Positions 50,070-59,591 of a stretch of 64,000 nucleotides of DNA are shown here, piece by piece; position 1 is the first letter of the stretch; each line of letters opens with the position of its first letter. The position numbers and the translations under genes were made by a program. The notes under the pieces are model-generated. The model ran no database searches, was not told the DNA's origin, and saw only the letters and a program-made list of their open reading frames with translations. The DNA comes from Candidatus Latescibacterota bacterium (GTDB taxonomy: Bacteria > Latescibacterota > UBA2968 > UBA8231): the NCBI GenBank assembly GCA_965248355.1, contig OZ252098.1, positions 4,608,001-4,672,000 of the forward strand, read 5' to 3'.

Positions 50070-51152
50070 ATGGCACAACCGTTGGGCGAGGCGTACAGAC
50101 AGATTGCGGCGACGCAGCCGCGCGGAACGTATCGCGGCGCAGTGGTCGGCTGCGGACGGATGGGCAGCACTATCGACGACGAGCACCTCGGGATGCCGCA
50201 CTATCCGTGGCCGTGGGCACACGCCCCGGCCATGATCGAAGCGCGGGGCATTGAGCTGATCGGCGGGGCCGACGTGGACCGAGCCAAGTTGGACGACTTT
50301 GCCCAGCGCTGGGGCGTGGACGCCCTGTACGAAGACTACCGCGAGTTGGTCGCCCAGGAGCAGCCCGACGTAGTCGCGGTGACGACGCGGCCCGACGAGC
50401 GAGCCGAGGTGGTCATCGGTCTGGCCGAGGCCGGAGTGCGGGCTGTCTTTGCCACCAAGCCGATGTGCCGCACCTTGGCCGAAGCCGATACCATGATCGC
50501 GGCGTGCAAGGCAAAGGGCACCATTCTGTCCATCGCCTGTCATCTCAACTGGTACAGCTGGTACACCAATGCGCGGCAGGCCATGGCTGACGGAGCGATT
50601 GGCCGGTTGCGCTCCATGGTCTGCCACAGCCCGCACAGCCTGTCGAATCTGCAGAGCCATACGCTGGCCTTGTTTCGGCTGTTTGCCGGAGCGCCGGCCG
50701 AGTGGGTGATGGGCGAGATGGACGACGAGGAGCAGGCCGCGGCCGACCGGGATCTGTCCGGATCGGGCTACATTGCCTACGCCAATGGTGTGCGCGGTTT
50801 CTTGAACTCCCGCGCCGACCGCTCGGGGCGTGCTTGGACTTTGGAGTTTATCGGCGAGCGCGGGAGGATCGTCTCGCGCAACGCCCACGCGCAATTCGAG
50901 CTGTGGGGAGCGCACCCGGAGACCGGCGAGCCGATCCAGCGGCCATTTCCCAACCCGTGGCACCCGCGCTCGTCCATGGTCGATGCGATGGAGGGCGTCT
51001 GTCGGGCGATTGAGGAGGGGGAAGAGCGGATTTGTCCAGGAGAATTCGGGCGCGAGGCGCTGGAAGTCGCCATTGGCTTGCGCGAGTCGCATCGGCAGGG
51101 CCATGGGCGGGTGGATTTGCCGCTGGCGGATCGGGAACTGCGGATGGGATAG
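50070..51152 (+). CDS. Gfo/Idh/MocA family oxidoreductase
   Basis: AVVGCGRMG, PDVVAVTT, TKPM, GREALEVA; RBS GGAGG. Confidence 0.9.
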   Translation: MAQPLGEAYRQIAATQPRGTYRGAVVGCGRMGSTIDDEHLGMPHYPWPWAHAPAMIEARGIELIGGADVDRAKLDDFAQRWGVDALYEDYRELVAQEQPDVVAVTTRPDERAEVVIGLAEAGVRAVFATKPMCRTLAEADTMIAACKAKGTILSIACHLNWYSWYTNARQAMADGAIGRLRSMVCHSPHSLSNLQSHTLALFRLFAGAPAEWVMGEMDDEEQAAADRDLSGSGYIAYANGVRGFLNSRADRSGRAWTLEFIGERGRIVSRNAHAQFELWGAHPETGEPIQRPFPNPWHPRSSMVDAMEGVCRAIEEGEERICPGEFGREALEVAIGLRESHRQGHGRVDLPLADRELRMG

Positions 51153-51186
51153 CAGGCGTGTCAACACGTCGGGCGGCGCGAATCGG

Positions 51187-54183
51187 TCAGGGGGCCAGCA
51201 CCAGCCGGTTGTTGTGCTCGGCGATCTCGGGGATCCGGTCCTCGGGATCCACCTCGATCACGTCACCGGCGCGGGTTCCCTCGAAGCTCACGGTCACCCG
51301 GCGGGGATGGAGGTCGAGGGGGGCCTCGAGCCTCTCGATGGTCCGGCTCCCCACCACCCGGCCCCCGCGCCGGGCCGTGACCCGGACCTCGGCGGCTTCC
51401 ACGCTCCCGATGTTGTGCACCCGCACCCTCCCGGAGTCCGCCTGGGACAGGGCCAGGTCCGGCCGCCGCCGCAGGTCGCCGAGGGCCTGCAGTTGCTCGA
51501 CCCGGACCACCGTCACCTGCCGGGGCGGCAGGGTGAGGGGGATGGCCGAGTACCGGCGCAGGTTGCGCGTGCGGCGGTCGGCCGCCTCCTCGAAGCGTCC
51601 GTCGTCATCGCGGTCGAGGCCGGTCTCGACACGGTAGCGGCCGGGCTCGAGCCGCCAGATCCGCATTCGGCCCCCGACCTCATCCTCCCGGAAGTTGTAG
51701 AGGGCCACCCGCAGCGACCGGGGTCCCGCCTCCCAGACGAGGGCCGCGAAGTCCTCGCCCCGCAGGCCTTCGTAGCTCACCGCGGTCAGGTTCAGCCAGC
51801 GGTTGCGGTTCGGCGCGTCGCCGAGGTAGCAGGAGATGGCGGTGGTGGCCCTGTAGGTCAGGACGCGGTCGGTCTTCTGCTCGGCGGCGGTGGTCATGTA
51901 GCGGTAGCGGCGGTACCAGGTGAGGGAGTCGGAGAGCCAGCGCTCCAGCAGGGCCCGGTCCTGGTTGACGAAGAACCCGGCATAGCCGCTCTCCGGACCG
52001 GAGAGCTTCTCGCGCAGATGGCTCCCATAGGGCTCTTCCCAGGGCACCAGGGCGTGGGGCGTCCGTCCGTACCTCGCCCGGACGCCGGTGAACCCGCCGC
52101 CGTCGACGCCCATGCGGTAGGCCCGGTGCCAGTCGGGGTCCCCGGTCAGCAGGTAGAGCCCCAGCAGCTCGGTCAGGGGAGCGACGTTGGCCGACGCGGG
52201 CAGGTCCGTCACCCGGATGGGCTCGCCGGTGAGGATGTCCACCTTCTCGACGAAGGCCCCCGGCCGCTGGTAGTCGAGCCAGGTGTGGCCCCACCTCGCG
52301 TAGCGCTCCAGGACGGCGGGGTGGCCGTTGTAGTCGGCCACGACGTGCATGGGATGGAGGAACAGGCGCGCCGGAGCCCATCCGAAGGCGCCGGGGCTGG
52401 CGCCGATCTCGGCGAATCCCCGGCGCGCCTCCTCGATCCCGAGGCGGTCGCCGCCGAAGTGCAGGCGGCCGTCGCCGGTCTCCACCATCAGGCGCATGGC
52501 CGAGCGCGCCGACGCCATGACCCGCTCGAAGTGGAGGGGATCGCCGTAGTTCCACCAGGCGTTCAGGGCGAGCTGGTTCACCCCTTCCTCGTAGGCGTGG
52601 AGGGGGTCCATGGAGCGCTTGTTGATGCCCTCCTCCAGGCGGTGCTCCACCACGAGGTCGGCCAGCTTCGCCGCGGCCTCCCGCAGCAGGGCGCCCAGGG
52701 GTTCGCTCTCGATCATGGGCAGGCACTGCCAGACCTGGAACAGGTCGGTGTCGTCCTGCGGCCCTCCGCCCAGCTCCCCGTTGGCGACCAGCCGGTTGTC
52801 CAGCCACCAGCGGACGATGCGGGCCTGCTCCTTCCAGTTCTCCCGCACCAGGACCGCCCAGCGGGGCGCTCCCGGCTCCCCGGGCAGCTCCGGCGGCGGC
52901 AAGGGCTCATGGCGGTCCATGTTCTGGTAGATCCAGTCGTGGTACTCGGCGATGAGGGAGTCCCGCGGCGCCAGCAGACGGGCGGCCTCCACCGTTTCCA
53001 GCAGCTCGGTGAGCGAGGTCCGGTAGCGCTCGATGGGCGGGCTGGAGGCGATCTGCTCCCGCACCGGCTGCCCGTGCCGCAGGTGCATCCACGGGCGGGG
53101 CTCGCTCATGGCCGAGAACAGGCCGCGCAGGAGGAACTTCCGCCAGGCCACCGCCTCGGGCAGGGCCTCGGCGCGCGGGACCGGGTGCGCCTTCAGCTTC
53201 ACCGAGGCGAGCCGGCAGGGGGAGCCGGACTCGATCGACACCCGGACCCGCGGTTCAGGGGCGACGGGTCCGGCCATCCTCGGGGGACGCGTCCACTCGT
53301 CCCGCGGCGGCAGGAACACCTGGTCGGGGAGATCGAGACCGGCCGCGTAGCGGCCCGGCCCCCGGAGGCGGAAGTCGACGCTGATGGCGTCGCGGCGGGC
53401 GTCGAGCACGTCGCCCACGCGGACTGACAGGACTGCCCCGGGATCGGCCGTGGAGACCTCCAGCTCGAGGGTGACCGCCGCGATGGCCAGGGCGGGGTCG
53501 GTCCAGGGAGCGGAAATCTCCGTCGGGGTTCCGGGCGCCAGCTCGAGGCCCTCGGCGCCGGCCAGCTCGCCCAGGTCCATCGCCGGCAGATCGACCTCGC
53601 CCGGGTCGACCCGAAGAACCGTCAGGTCCCGGAGCGCCCCGTCCTGGCCCGGCTCCTGGAAGAAGGACAGGCGGCGAGCCGGGACCCGCCGCTCGAACCG
53701 CCGGCTGAACGCACCGTTGAGGGGCCGCACCTCGCACAGGGGCGGCTCGTCCGGCGGGTGCAGGCCCTCGCGGCCGGCGTAGACCCGGCCCCGCCAGCGG
53801 CCGCGGATCTGGATCGCGTCGAAGCCGGCTTCCGCCAGGGTCACGTGGAGCCCGTCGTTGCCGTTGAACAGGCGGTAGTTCACCGCGGGGGTCCCGTGAA
53901 GCCCCTGCCACTCGCCCACGGTGCCGGTGGGGTAGCGAGTGTCCACGCGCCCGTCCACCGGAGCGTGGGTGAAGCCGCGGACGAGGCGGCAGTCCACGGG
54001 CAGGATCTTGCGCACCTGCAGGGGCTGGCCGGGCTGCAGGTCGATCCCGTCCGAAGCCTCCGGCGCGGCGCCGGCGAGGGCACACCAGAGCCAGCTCAGT
54101 GAGGCCCGCCCGAGACGCGATCTGGCTGTGCGCCTGGCTCGGGCGGGGACGGCGAAGCTCATCGGAGAAGGCAGGTCATGCAC
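51187..54183 (-). CDS. Large probably secreted hypothetical protein with C-terminal CARDB-like domain
   Basis: 998-aa ORF with host codon usage; 'PDLAL..VRVHNIGS...VDPEDRIPEIAEHNN'; start uncertain. Confidence 0.75.
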   Translation of the reverse strand: MHDLPSPMSFAVPARARRTARSRLGRASLSWLWCALAGAAPEASDGIDLQPGQPLQVRKILPVDCRLVRGFTHAPVDGRVDTRYPTGTVGEWQGLHGTPAVNYRLFNGNDGLHVTLAEAGFDAIQIRGRWRGRVYAGREGLHPPDEPPLCEVRPLNGAFSRRFERRVPARRLSFFQEPGQDGALRDLTVLRVDPGEVDLPAMDLGELAGAEGLELAPGTPTEISAPWTDPALAIAAVTLELEVSTADPGAVLSVRVGDVLDARRDAISVDFRLRGPGRYAAGLDLPDQVFLPPRDEWTRPPRMAGPVAPEPRVRVSIESGSPCRLASVKLKAHPVPRAEALPEAVAWRKFLLRGLFSAMSEPRPWMHLRHGQPVREQIASSPPIERYRTSLTELLETVEAARLLAPRDSLIAEYHDWIYQNMDRHEPLPPPELPGEPGAPRWAVLVRENWKEQARIVRWWLDNRLVANGELGGGPQDDTDLFQVWQCLPMIESEPLGALLREAAAKLADLVVEHRLEEGINKRSMDPLHAYEEGVNQLALNAWWNYGDPLHFERVMASARSAMRLMVETGDGRLHFGGDRLGIEEARRGFAEIGASPGAFGWAPARLFLHPMHVVADYNGHPAVLERYARWGHTWLDYQRPGAFVEKVDILTGEPIRVTDLPASANVAPLTELLGLYLLTGDPDWHRAYRMGVDGGGFTGVRARYGRTPHALVPWEEPYGSHLREKLSGPESGYAGFFVNQDRALLERWLSDSLTWYRRYRYMTTAAEQKTDRVLTYRATTAISCYLGDAPNRNRWLNLTAVSYEGLRGEDFAALVWEAGPRSLRVALYNFREDEVGGRMRIWRLEPGRYRVETGLDRDDDGRFEEAADRRTRNLRRYSAIPLTLPPRQVTVVRVEQLQALGDLRRRPDLALSQADSGRVRVHNIGSVEAAEVRVTARRGGRVVGSRTIERLEAPLDLHPRRVTVSFEGTRAGDVIEVDPEDRIPEIAEHNNRLVLAP

Positions 54184-54199
54184 GGGGAAGAGCGGGGCG

Positions 54200-54520
54200 G
54201 CGGGCTGGCCGGACGTGGCCGGGGAAGGTCAGGCAGAGAAGGCCGGTCGCACGAGGCCCGAGCCGCGGACGGGCGTCGGCGAAGGGGAGGCAGATCCTCG
54301 CAGGGGGCCAGGGCCGAGATCGGGCCGCGGGCCAAGGACGGGCGGTACCAGCCCAGGCCGAGTTCGGAGGGCAGGACATGGCACCCGGCGAGAACCCGGA
54401 GCCGGCGGCGGGCCCCGGACGGGCGGCGTCGGCAAAGGTCCAGCAGAGCAGGCGGTTCAGCGCACGAGGCCGGAGCCGCGGTCCGGCGGCGGTCCCCGGT
54501 CCGGCGCCCAGGACGATCCG
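54200..54520. repeat. Degenerate direct repeats in an intergenic region
   Basis: GCACGAGGCC(C/G)GAGCCGCGG near 54249 and 54462; GGACGGGC(GGC)GTCGGCrAAGG near 54267 and 54417. Confidence 0.65.
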
Positions 54521-54543
54521 TCGTGCCAGCGGGCTCCCGCCCT

Positions 54544-55293
54544 TCAGCCGGCCCTCCGCGGAGGCCAGGTGACGAAGTACTCCGGCGCCCAGCGCCGGGA
54601 CAGGTGAAACCGCCGTTCCTGGTAAGCCCCGGCCGCCGGCGCCGTCTCCGCCTCGATCCACGCTTCGGCGCCGGCCAGCTCGGGGAACTCCAGGATCCAG
54701 ACCAGTTCGCCCTCGTCCGCGGTCCCGAGGAGGCGGAAGACCTCCCCGTGCAGGAGGCCATGCTCGCGGGCTATCTCCCGCAGCCGCTGCCGGCGCTCCT
54801 CGTCCCCCCGCGTCCGCGGGTCGATCTCGTCGGAGCCGCGCCGCCAGCCGCCGAAGGCGAGGACCACTACGGAGGAGGGGTCAACGGCCAGGGGCGCGAT
54901 CACGTGCGGATCGGCGTCCGGCGGAACGGGGGGCTCGGGCCTGCGGGGCAGCCAGTCCAGGCTCCGCGGCTGCCAGCGCCGGGCGAGGGAGTAGTCGTGG
55001 AAGCCGTAGCGCCCGTACGGGGGCTCCACCTCCGCCGTCATCCAGGCCTCGGCGCCGGCCAGGTCCGGGAACTCGATCGTCCAGAACCGCACCCAGTCGC
55101 CCAGCGGCGCCAGCAGGCGGTACCCGTGCAGGCCCATCAGGCGGTGCCGCTCGGAGACGGAGAGCATCAGGTCCACGTGCCGGCGCTCGTAGTCGGCCCG
55201 TTCAGCCTCCTTGAGCCGGTGCCACGATGGCAGGCGTCCGCCCCGGAACAGGATGACGACACTGTCGCCTGGCGTCGTGTCGGTTATGGTCAT
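54544..55293 (-). CDS. Tandem two-domain protein of probable dimeric alpha/beta-barrel fold
   Basis: Internal duplication SVV(I/V)L...RLL...W.(I/L)EFP.LAGAEAW..AE..P......L.RRW. Confidence 0.7.
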   Translation of the reverse strand: MTITDTTPGDSVVILFRGGRLPSWHRLKEAERADYERRHVDLMLSVSERHRLMGLHGYRLLAPLGDWVRFWTIEFPDLAGAEAWMTAEVEPPYGRYGFHDYSLARRWQPRSLDWLPRRPEPPVPPDADPHVIAPLAVDPSSVVVLAFGGWRRGSDEIDPRTRGDEERRQRLREIAREHGLLHGEVFRLLGTADEGELVWILEFPELAGAEAWIEAETAPAAGAYQERRFHLSRRWAPEYFVTWPPRRAG

Positions 55294-56125
55294 GAGGGAT
55301 AGGCTCCAGACAGGAATCGAGTGAAACGCTGCTCCAGAAAACCGGGATCCGGCCAATCCTTCCGGTCGGAGGGCAGGTGGAGAGCGGTTCCCTCAAGGTT
55401 CTTGAGGGTGGCAAGCAGGTTGCCGTCCCGTCGTTCCTGGAGGGGCGGCGAGATGTGGATTCGGAAGTCCGGATCAACCCCGATCAAGTGCGTGTCGAAG
55501 GCTGAGTGGTGAAGCGTGGACATGCAGATCCCATTCTTCACGGAGGGAAGCCCTCCATCGGCATCGGGAACAATGTGGGCACCGACCAGCAGTTCACGCA
55601 CCGGAAGGCCACTGAAGGCGCACTGGTACCCGTATGCGGCCTTGGTGCGGGCGCTGAACCATGCCTGATGGTTCCTCGATCGGGCGGTCGTAAGTGCGTA
55701 GGAGCGTGATACTCCGATGGTGAACGACCGGCGAAGTAGATGAGCGGAGCGCCCCGCTCCTTCGCCTTCCTCAGAGAACGGTTGGATGGCTCATCGGGTC
55801 CCCCGCGGGCGAGGTCATACCGCAGAAGGCCGGTTGCCTGATCAGTCCGGGCTGCAAGCGCCTGGTCGCGGTACCAGACCTCGCGTCCGGACCGGGGGAT
55901 GACTGTCTTGATACTGAGGGCGGCGCTCATCTGTCTCGGTTTGAAAATGCCTTTCGCACGGGTGGCGAAATGGACCTGTTCACCCTCGGCGTAGAATCCT
56001 CGCTGGATGTCGGACCATTGGACTCTGCCGCCGTGCTGGCGGGAGAGCCGTTCGATCGCGGCGAGCGCCGCGGCGCGAATGGGCTGGTCCGGATCGCGCG
56101 TGAAGGTGTCTTGTGCCCGGTACAT
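55290..56125 (-). pseudogene. HNH restriction endonuclease with internal deletion/frameshift near 55705
   Basis: N-terminal 'KGIFKPRQM..ALSI..LIYF'; C-terminal 'AYGYQCAFS..LVGAHIVPD..NGICMSTLHHSAFD..IGVDPD' in another frame. Confidence 0.85.
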
Positions 56126-56380
56126 CGCGACTTCAATGAACTGAATTCCCTCGAAGCCGTCATCCGGGGTAGTGGGGTACTGACGCGCTATGTTGACCGC
56201 AGATCCAGGTTCGGGCAGATTCAGCACCAGTGCTCCCGGGGGAGCGCCCACGTCCGCGGTCAGGGCCAAGCCCACCCCATCTCGCTGCATTCATCGACCT
56301 TCTTTCTGCCGGTCCTGGCGAACTCTCCGGCGCTTTGGAAAGAGGGTAGATATGTCCCGTTCCCTTCCCGGTCGTCCAAG

Positions 56381-56701
56381 ATGCGGCCCGATGCCGGCCC
56401 CTTGCTGGAGGGACTGGGCGTTACGCCCGATGAGGTTTGGCGCAGGGCCGGGAACTCCGTGTCCACCGGAAGCTCGCAGGCGAGCGAAGGGCAGAGCTTG
56501 TTCGGACCAGCCGCCAAGAGGGTTGTCCAGTTCGCCGCCGCCGAAGCGAGGGGTTCCGGGGCGGGGGTCGTCCAATGCGAGCACTTCCTTCTCGGCCTGC
56601 TCAAGGATCCGGATGCAGTCGCGGCACGGGTACTGGAGTCCAAGGGCCTGAGCTACGAGTCCGCGAAGAAGCAGTTGACCAGCCAAGCATCGCTACAGTA
56701 A
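56381..56701 (+). CDS. Clp N-terminal repeat domain, probably a fragment
   Basis: 'FGPAAKRVVQFAAAEAR..VQCEHFLLGLL..VAARVLESKG'. Confidence 0.7.
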   Translation: MRPDAGPLLEGLGVTPDEVWRRAGNSVSTGSSQASEGQSLFGPAAKRVVQFAAAEARGSGAGVVQCEHFLLGLLKDPDAVAARVLESKGLSYESAKKQLTSQASLQ

Positions 56702-56738
56702 GGTGCTCGACCGCGATCACGAATCCATGGGAGATCCC

Positions 56739-57050
56739 ATGCCCGCTCTCGACATCGCCGATTGCATCAACGAGACCTGCCCGTGGTCGGGCAAGCCGGT
56801 GAAGGCTGACTCGCTGACAGAGTATGACGGCAAGGTCGTCGGGTTCTGCAATCCCGGGTGCCGCGACCAGTTCGAGGCCGCGATCCGCCACTTCGACCAG
56901 GCGAAGAGCTCGAAAGGAAGCGAGGCCCCCTTGCCGCCAGGCGGCGCCCCGTTGAGGACCTTCAAAGGCCGAGGTGTGAGACCCGGCGTCGATCTTGACG
57001 ATACCTCTTCGCTCCTCGATCTGACGGACCAGGACGGTGGTCCTCCTTGA
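56739..57050 (+). CDS. YHS-like domain protein fused in frame to a VapB-like antitoxin C-terminus
   Basis: 'INETCPWSGKPV..VVGFCNPGCRDQF' + 'LRTFKGRGVRPGVDLDDTSSLLDL'. Confidence 0.7.
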   Translation: MPALDIADCINETCPWSGKPVKADSLTEYDGKVVGFCNPGCRDQFEAAIRHFDQAKSSKGSEAPLPPGGAPLRTFKGRGVRPGVDLDDTSSLLDLTDQDGGPP

Positions 57051-57117
57051 CTTCCATGTGGCTCTCCAGCCCCACCGCGAGGATGCCCCTCGCTTAGCTC
57101 GCCAGACGACACCGTGA
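57037..57117 (+). pseudogene. VapC (PIN) toxin N-terminal remnant
   Basis: VVLLDFHVALQPHREDAPR resembles VapC starts (MILxDVNVLxxAHRxDxPxH) and overlaps the VapB-like tail. Confidence 0.55.
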
Positions 57118-59525
57118 ACCTCGTCGTCGACACGGAGCTGCCGCCGGCCGCACGCTGGGCCCTCGACCAGCTGACGCGCGTCCTCCGCGCCCGAGGGGAA
57201 TCCCCCGAGACCACCGCCGCCACTGGAGCGGATCCCGCCTTCGTCATCGGCCTGGCGGGCTCGCCGGCCGTGGAGGATGGCCTCTCCCGCGGCGGGACAG
57301 ACTGTCCCGCCGCACCTGAATCGCTGGTCCTCCAGCCCCTCGCCGGCGGCGGGTTCCTCATCTGCGGGCGGGACGAACCCGGCCTGACGTACGCCATCCT
57401 CGAAGCGGCGCGCGCCGTCGAGCTGGCCCCGCCGGAGGCCGACGTCTTCGCGGCCATCGCTCCCGCGGTTCAGTCCCCGCATCTGGCCTGGCGCAGCATG
57501 CAGCTCTTCCTCTGCAACCGCCGGCTCGAGGAGACCTGGTTCTACGACGACGAGTTCTGGGAGGACTACCTGGGCCGGCTGGCGCGCTGCCGCTACAACA
57601 ACCTGAGTCTCACCTTCGGCCACCAGATCGCCTACCTGTCCCCGCCCTATCCCTTTCTCCTGGAGGTCCCCGGGTTCCCGCAGGTCCGTCCCACCGGCTT
57701 CACCGCCGAGCAGCGTTCCCGGCACCTGGAGATGCTGATCCGCGTCGCCGGGCTCACCCGCCGGCGCGGCCTGCACTTCACCTTCGGCGTCTGGTCCCAG
57801 CACGCCCACGACTACGGGGACTCCATGGTGGAGGGGCTCACCCCGGAGATCCTGGCGCCGTACAACGCCGCCGGCCTGGCGCGGCTGCTCGCCTCGTGTC
57901 CCGCGATCGACGGCGTGCAGTTCCGCATGAACCACGAGTCCGGCGTCGCCGAGGACCGCCAGGCCGGGTACTACGAGCCGCAGTTCCGCGCCATCGCCGG
58001 GTGCGGCCGGCCCATCCGCCTGGACCTGCGCGCCAAGGGGCTCACCGACGACACCATCCGGCTCGCCCGCGGCCTCGTCCCGGACACGGTGGTCTCCACC
58101 AAGCACTGGTGCGAGCATCTCGGCCTGCCCTACCCCATGCCGGCGATCCAGCGGTTCGACCGCAAGAACTACCGCCGCTACGGCACCTGGGACCTGCTGC
58201 GCAAGCCCCGCTCCTTTGCGCTGATCCACCGACTCTGGAGCGCGGGCAGCCAGCGCGTGCTGCTGTGGGGGGATCCGGAGTGGGTGCGGCGCTTCGCCCG
58301 GTCCTGCACCTTCGGCGGCGACGGTTTCGAGGTGATGGCGCCGCTGACCAACAAGGGCGTCCGCGACGAGGAGCCGCCGTGGTTCGTCAGCACCGATCCC
58401 GCCTTCCGGTCCCCCGCCGCGGAGCACCGGCGGCACTGGCTGTTCCACCTGCTCTTCGGCCGCCTGGGATACGACCCTGACAGCGATCCCGAAGTCTGGC
58501 TGCGCGAGCTGCGCCACCGTTTCGGCGCCTCGGCGGCTTCGGTGGAAGAGCTCTACCGTGCCGGCGGCCAGGTTCTGCCCCTGCTCACCGTGATGCTGCA
58601 GCACTCGGCCAGCCTCTGGACCTTCTGGCCCGAGCGCTTCGCCGGCCGCGGCCTGGAGGAGGACGCTCGCACCGAGCCCAGCGACCCGACCCGGTTCTAC
58701 GGCATCGAGGAGTACGTGGAGGACGCCTTGGGCGGCCGCCTCTGCGGCAAGTGGACGCCGCCCCACGTAGTGCATCATCTGCGCCGGCTCGCCGCAGAGG
58801 TGCGCGGCCTTCTGTCCGGCTTCGGTGGAGATTCAGGGGAGCCGGAGCTACGCCTCACTCTGCTCGACTTCACCCTGCTCACGCACCTGGCGGAGTACCA
58901 TGCCTGCCGCCTGCTGGCGGCCGCCCACCTCGCCTTTCACCGCAGGACGGGAGAGGTCCACCGCCTGCCCGCTGTGCGCGAACTACTGCTGCAGGCGCGG
59001 GACCACTGGACGGCCCTGTCCTCAGCGGCCGAGGGCGCCTACCGCGGCGATCTGGTCTTCGGGTTCCGCGAGAAGGGCCACACCGGCCACTGGAAGGACG
59101 ATCTGGTGGTGATCGAGGGCGACCTGGCCGCAATCGGCGCTCTCATGGCAGGACAGCCGGAGATGCCGTCCGCCGGACCCGTGTCTTTCCCCGGCGGGGA
59201 GGTCCATCCCGATACGCCGGAGGTGGCCTTCTTGCCTCCGGCCTGCGCCACAGCCGGGTGCGATCTGGAACTTCACATCCGGTGCGCATCACCCACGCCG
59301 CGCGCCGTCCGCTGCTATCACCGGATCGCCCATCAGGCCCTGGACTTCGACAGCATCGACATGCATCCCGAGGGCGACGGGAATGCCGTGGTGATCCCCG
59401 GCCATGCCATCGATCCCGCCTGGGACCTGATGGTGTTCTTCGAGTTGTTCTTCGACGATGGCCGGGCCACCCGCTGGCCGGACTGGCGCATCCGCACGCC
59501 CTATTTCGTCATCGGGACGGAATGA
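57114..59525 (+). CDS. Hypothetical glycoside-hydrolase-like protein (GH20/GH67-like N-terminal domain + TIM barrel)
   Basis: 'PESLVL..ICGRDEPGLTYAILE..P.LAWRS..RYNNLSL', 'IDGVQFRMNHESG'. Confidence 0.7.
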   Translation: MNLVVDTELPPAARWALDQLTRVLRARGESPETTAATGADPAFVIGLAGSPAVEDGLSRGGTDCPAAPESLVLQPLAGGGFLICGRDEPGLTYAILEAARAVELAPPEADVFAAIAPAVQSPHLAWRSMQLFLCNRRLEETWFYDDEFWEDYLGRLARCRYNNLSLTFGHQIAYLSPPYPFLLEVPGFPQVRPTGFTAEQRSRHLEMLIRVAGLTRRRGLHFTFGVWSQHAHDYGDSMVEGLTPEILAPYNAAGLARLLASCPAIDGVQFRMNHESGVAEDRQAGYYEPQFRAIAGCGRPIRLDLRAKGLTDDTIRLARGLVPDTVVSTKHWCEHLGLPYPMPAIQRFDRKNYRRYGTWDLLRKPRSFALIHRLWSAGSQRVLLWGDPEWVRRFARSCTFGGDGFEVMAPLTNKGVRDEEPPWFVSTDPAFRSPAAEHRRHWLFHLLFGRLGYDPDSDPEVWLRELRHRFGASAASVEELYRAGGQVLPLLTVMLQHSASLWTFWPERFAGRGLEEDARTEPSDPTRFYGIEEYVEDALGGRLCGKWTPPHVVHHLRRLAAEVRGLLSGFGGDSGEPELRLTLLDFTLLTHLAEYHACRLLAAAHLAFHRRTGEVHRLPAVRELLLQARDHWTALSSAAEGAYRGDLVFGFREKGHTGHWKDDLVVIEGDLAAIGALMAGQPEMPSAGPVSFPGGEVHPDTPEVAFLPPACATAGCDLELHIRCASPTPRAVRCYHRIAHQALDFDSIDMHPEGDGNAVVIPGHAIDPAWDLMVFFELFFDDGRATRWPDWRIRTPYFVIGTE

Positions 59526-59556
59526 GGCTGGACCAAGCGTCGGCCTCCTCCTATGC

Positions 59557-59585
59557 TTGACGTAATACGCAAGGCGTCCTAATCT
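59557..59585 (+). promoter_or_regulatory. Sigma70-type promoter of higBA-2, probably leaderless
   Basis: TTGACG(59557)-17 nt-TAATCT(59580)-6 nt-GTG(59592); no Shine-Dalgarno. Confidence 0.7.
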
Positions 59586-59591
59586 GCATTG

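Noticed and set aside
35040..51160. Integron cassette array, diversity-generating retroelement or prophage as the source of the mosaic
   Set aside because: No integrase, reverse transcriptase, attC-like repeats, TR/VR pair or phage genes seen, and the junctions share no motif that I could detect.
50830..53427. 865-aa + strand ORF, and the 725-aa - strand ORF at 56601..58778
   Set aside because: Antisense to better-supported genes with normal codon bias and recognisable motifs.
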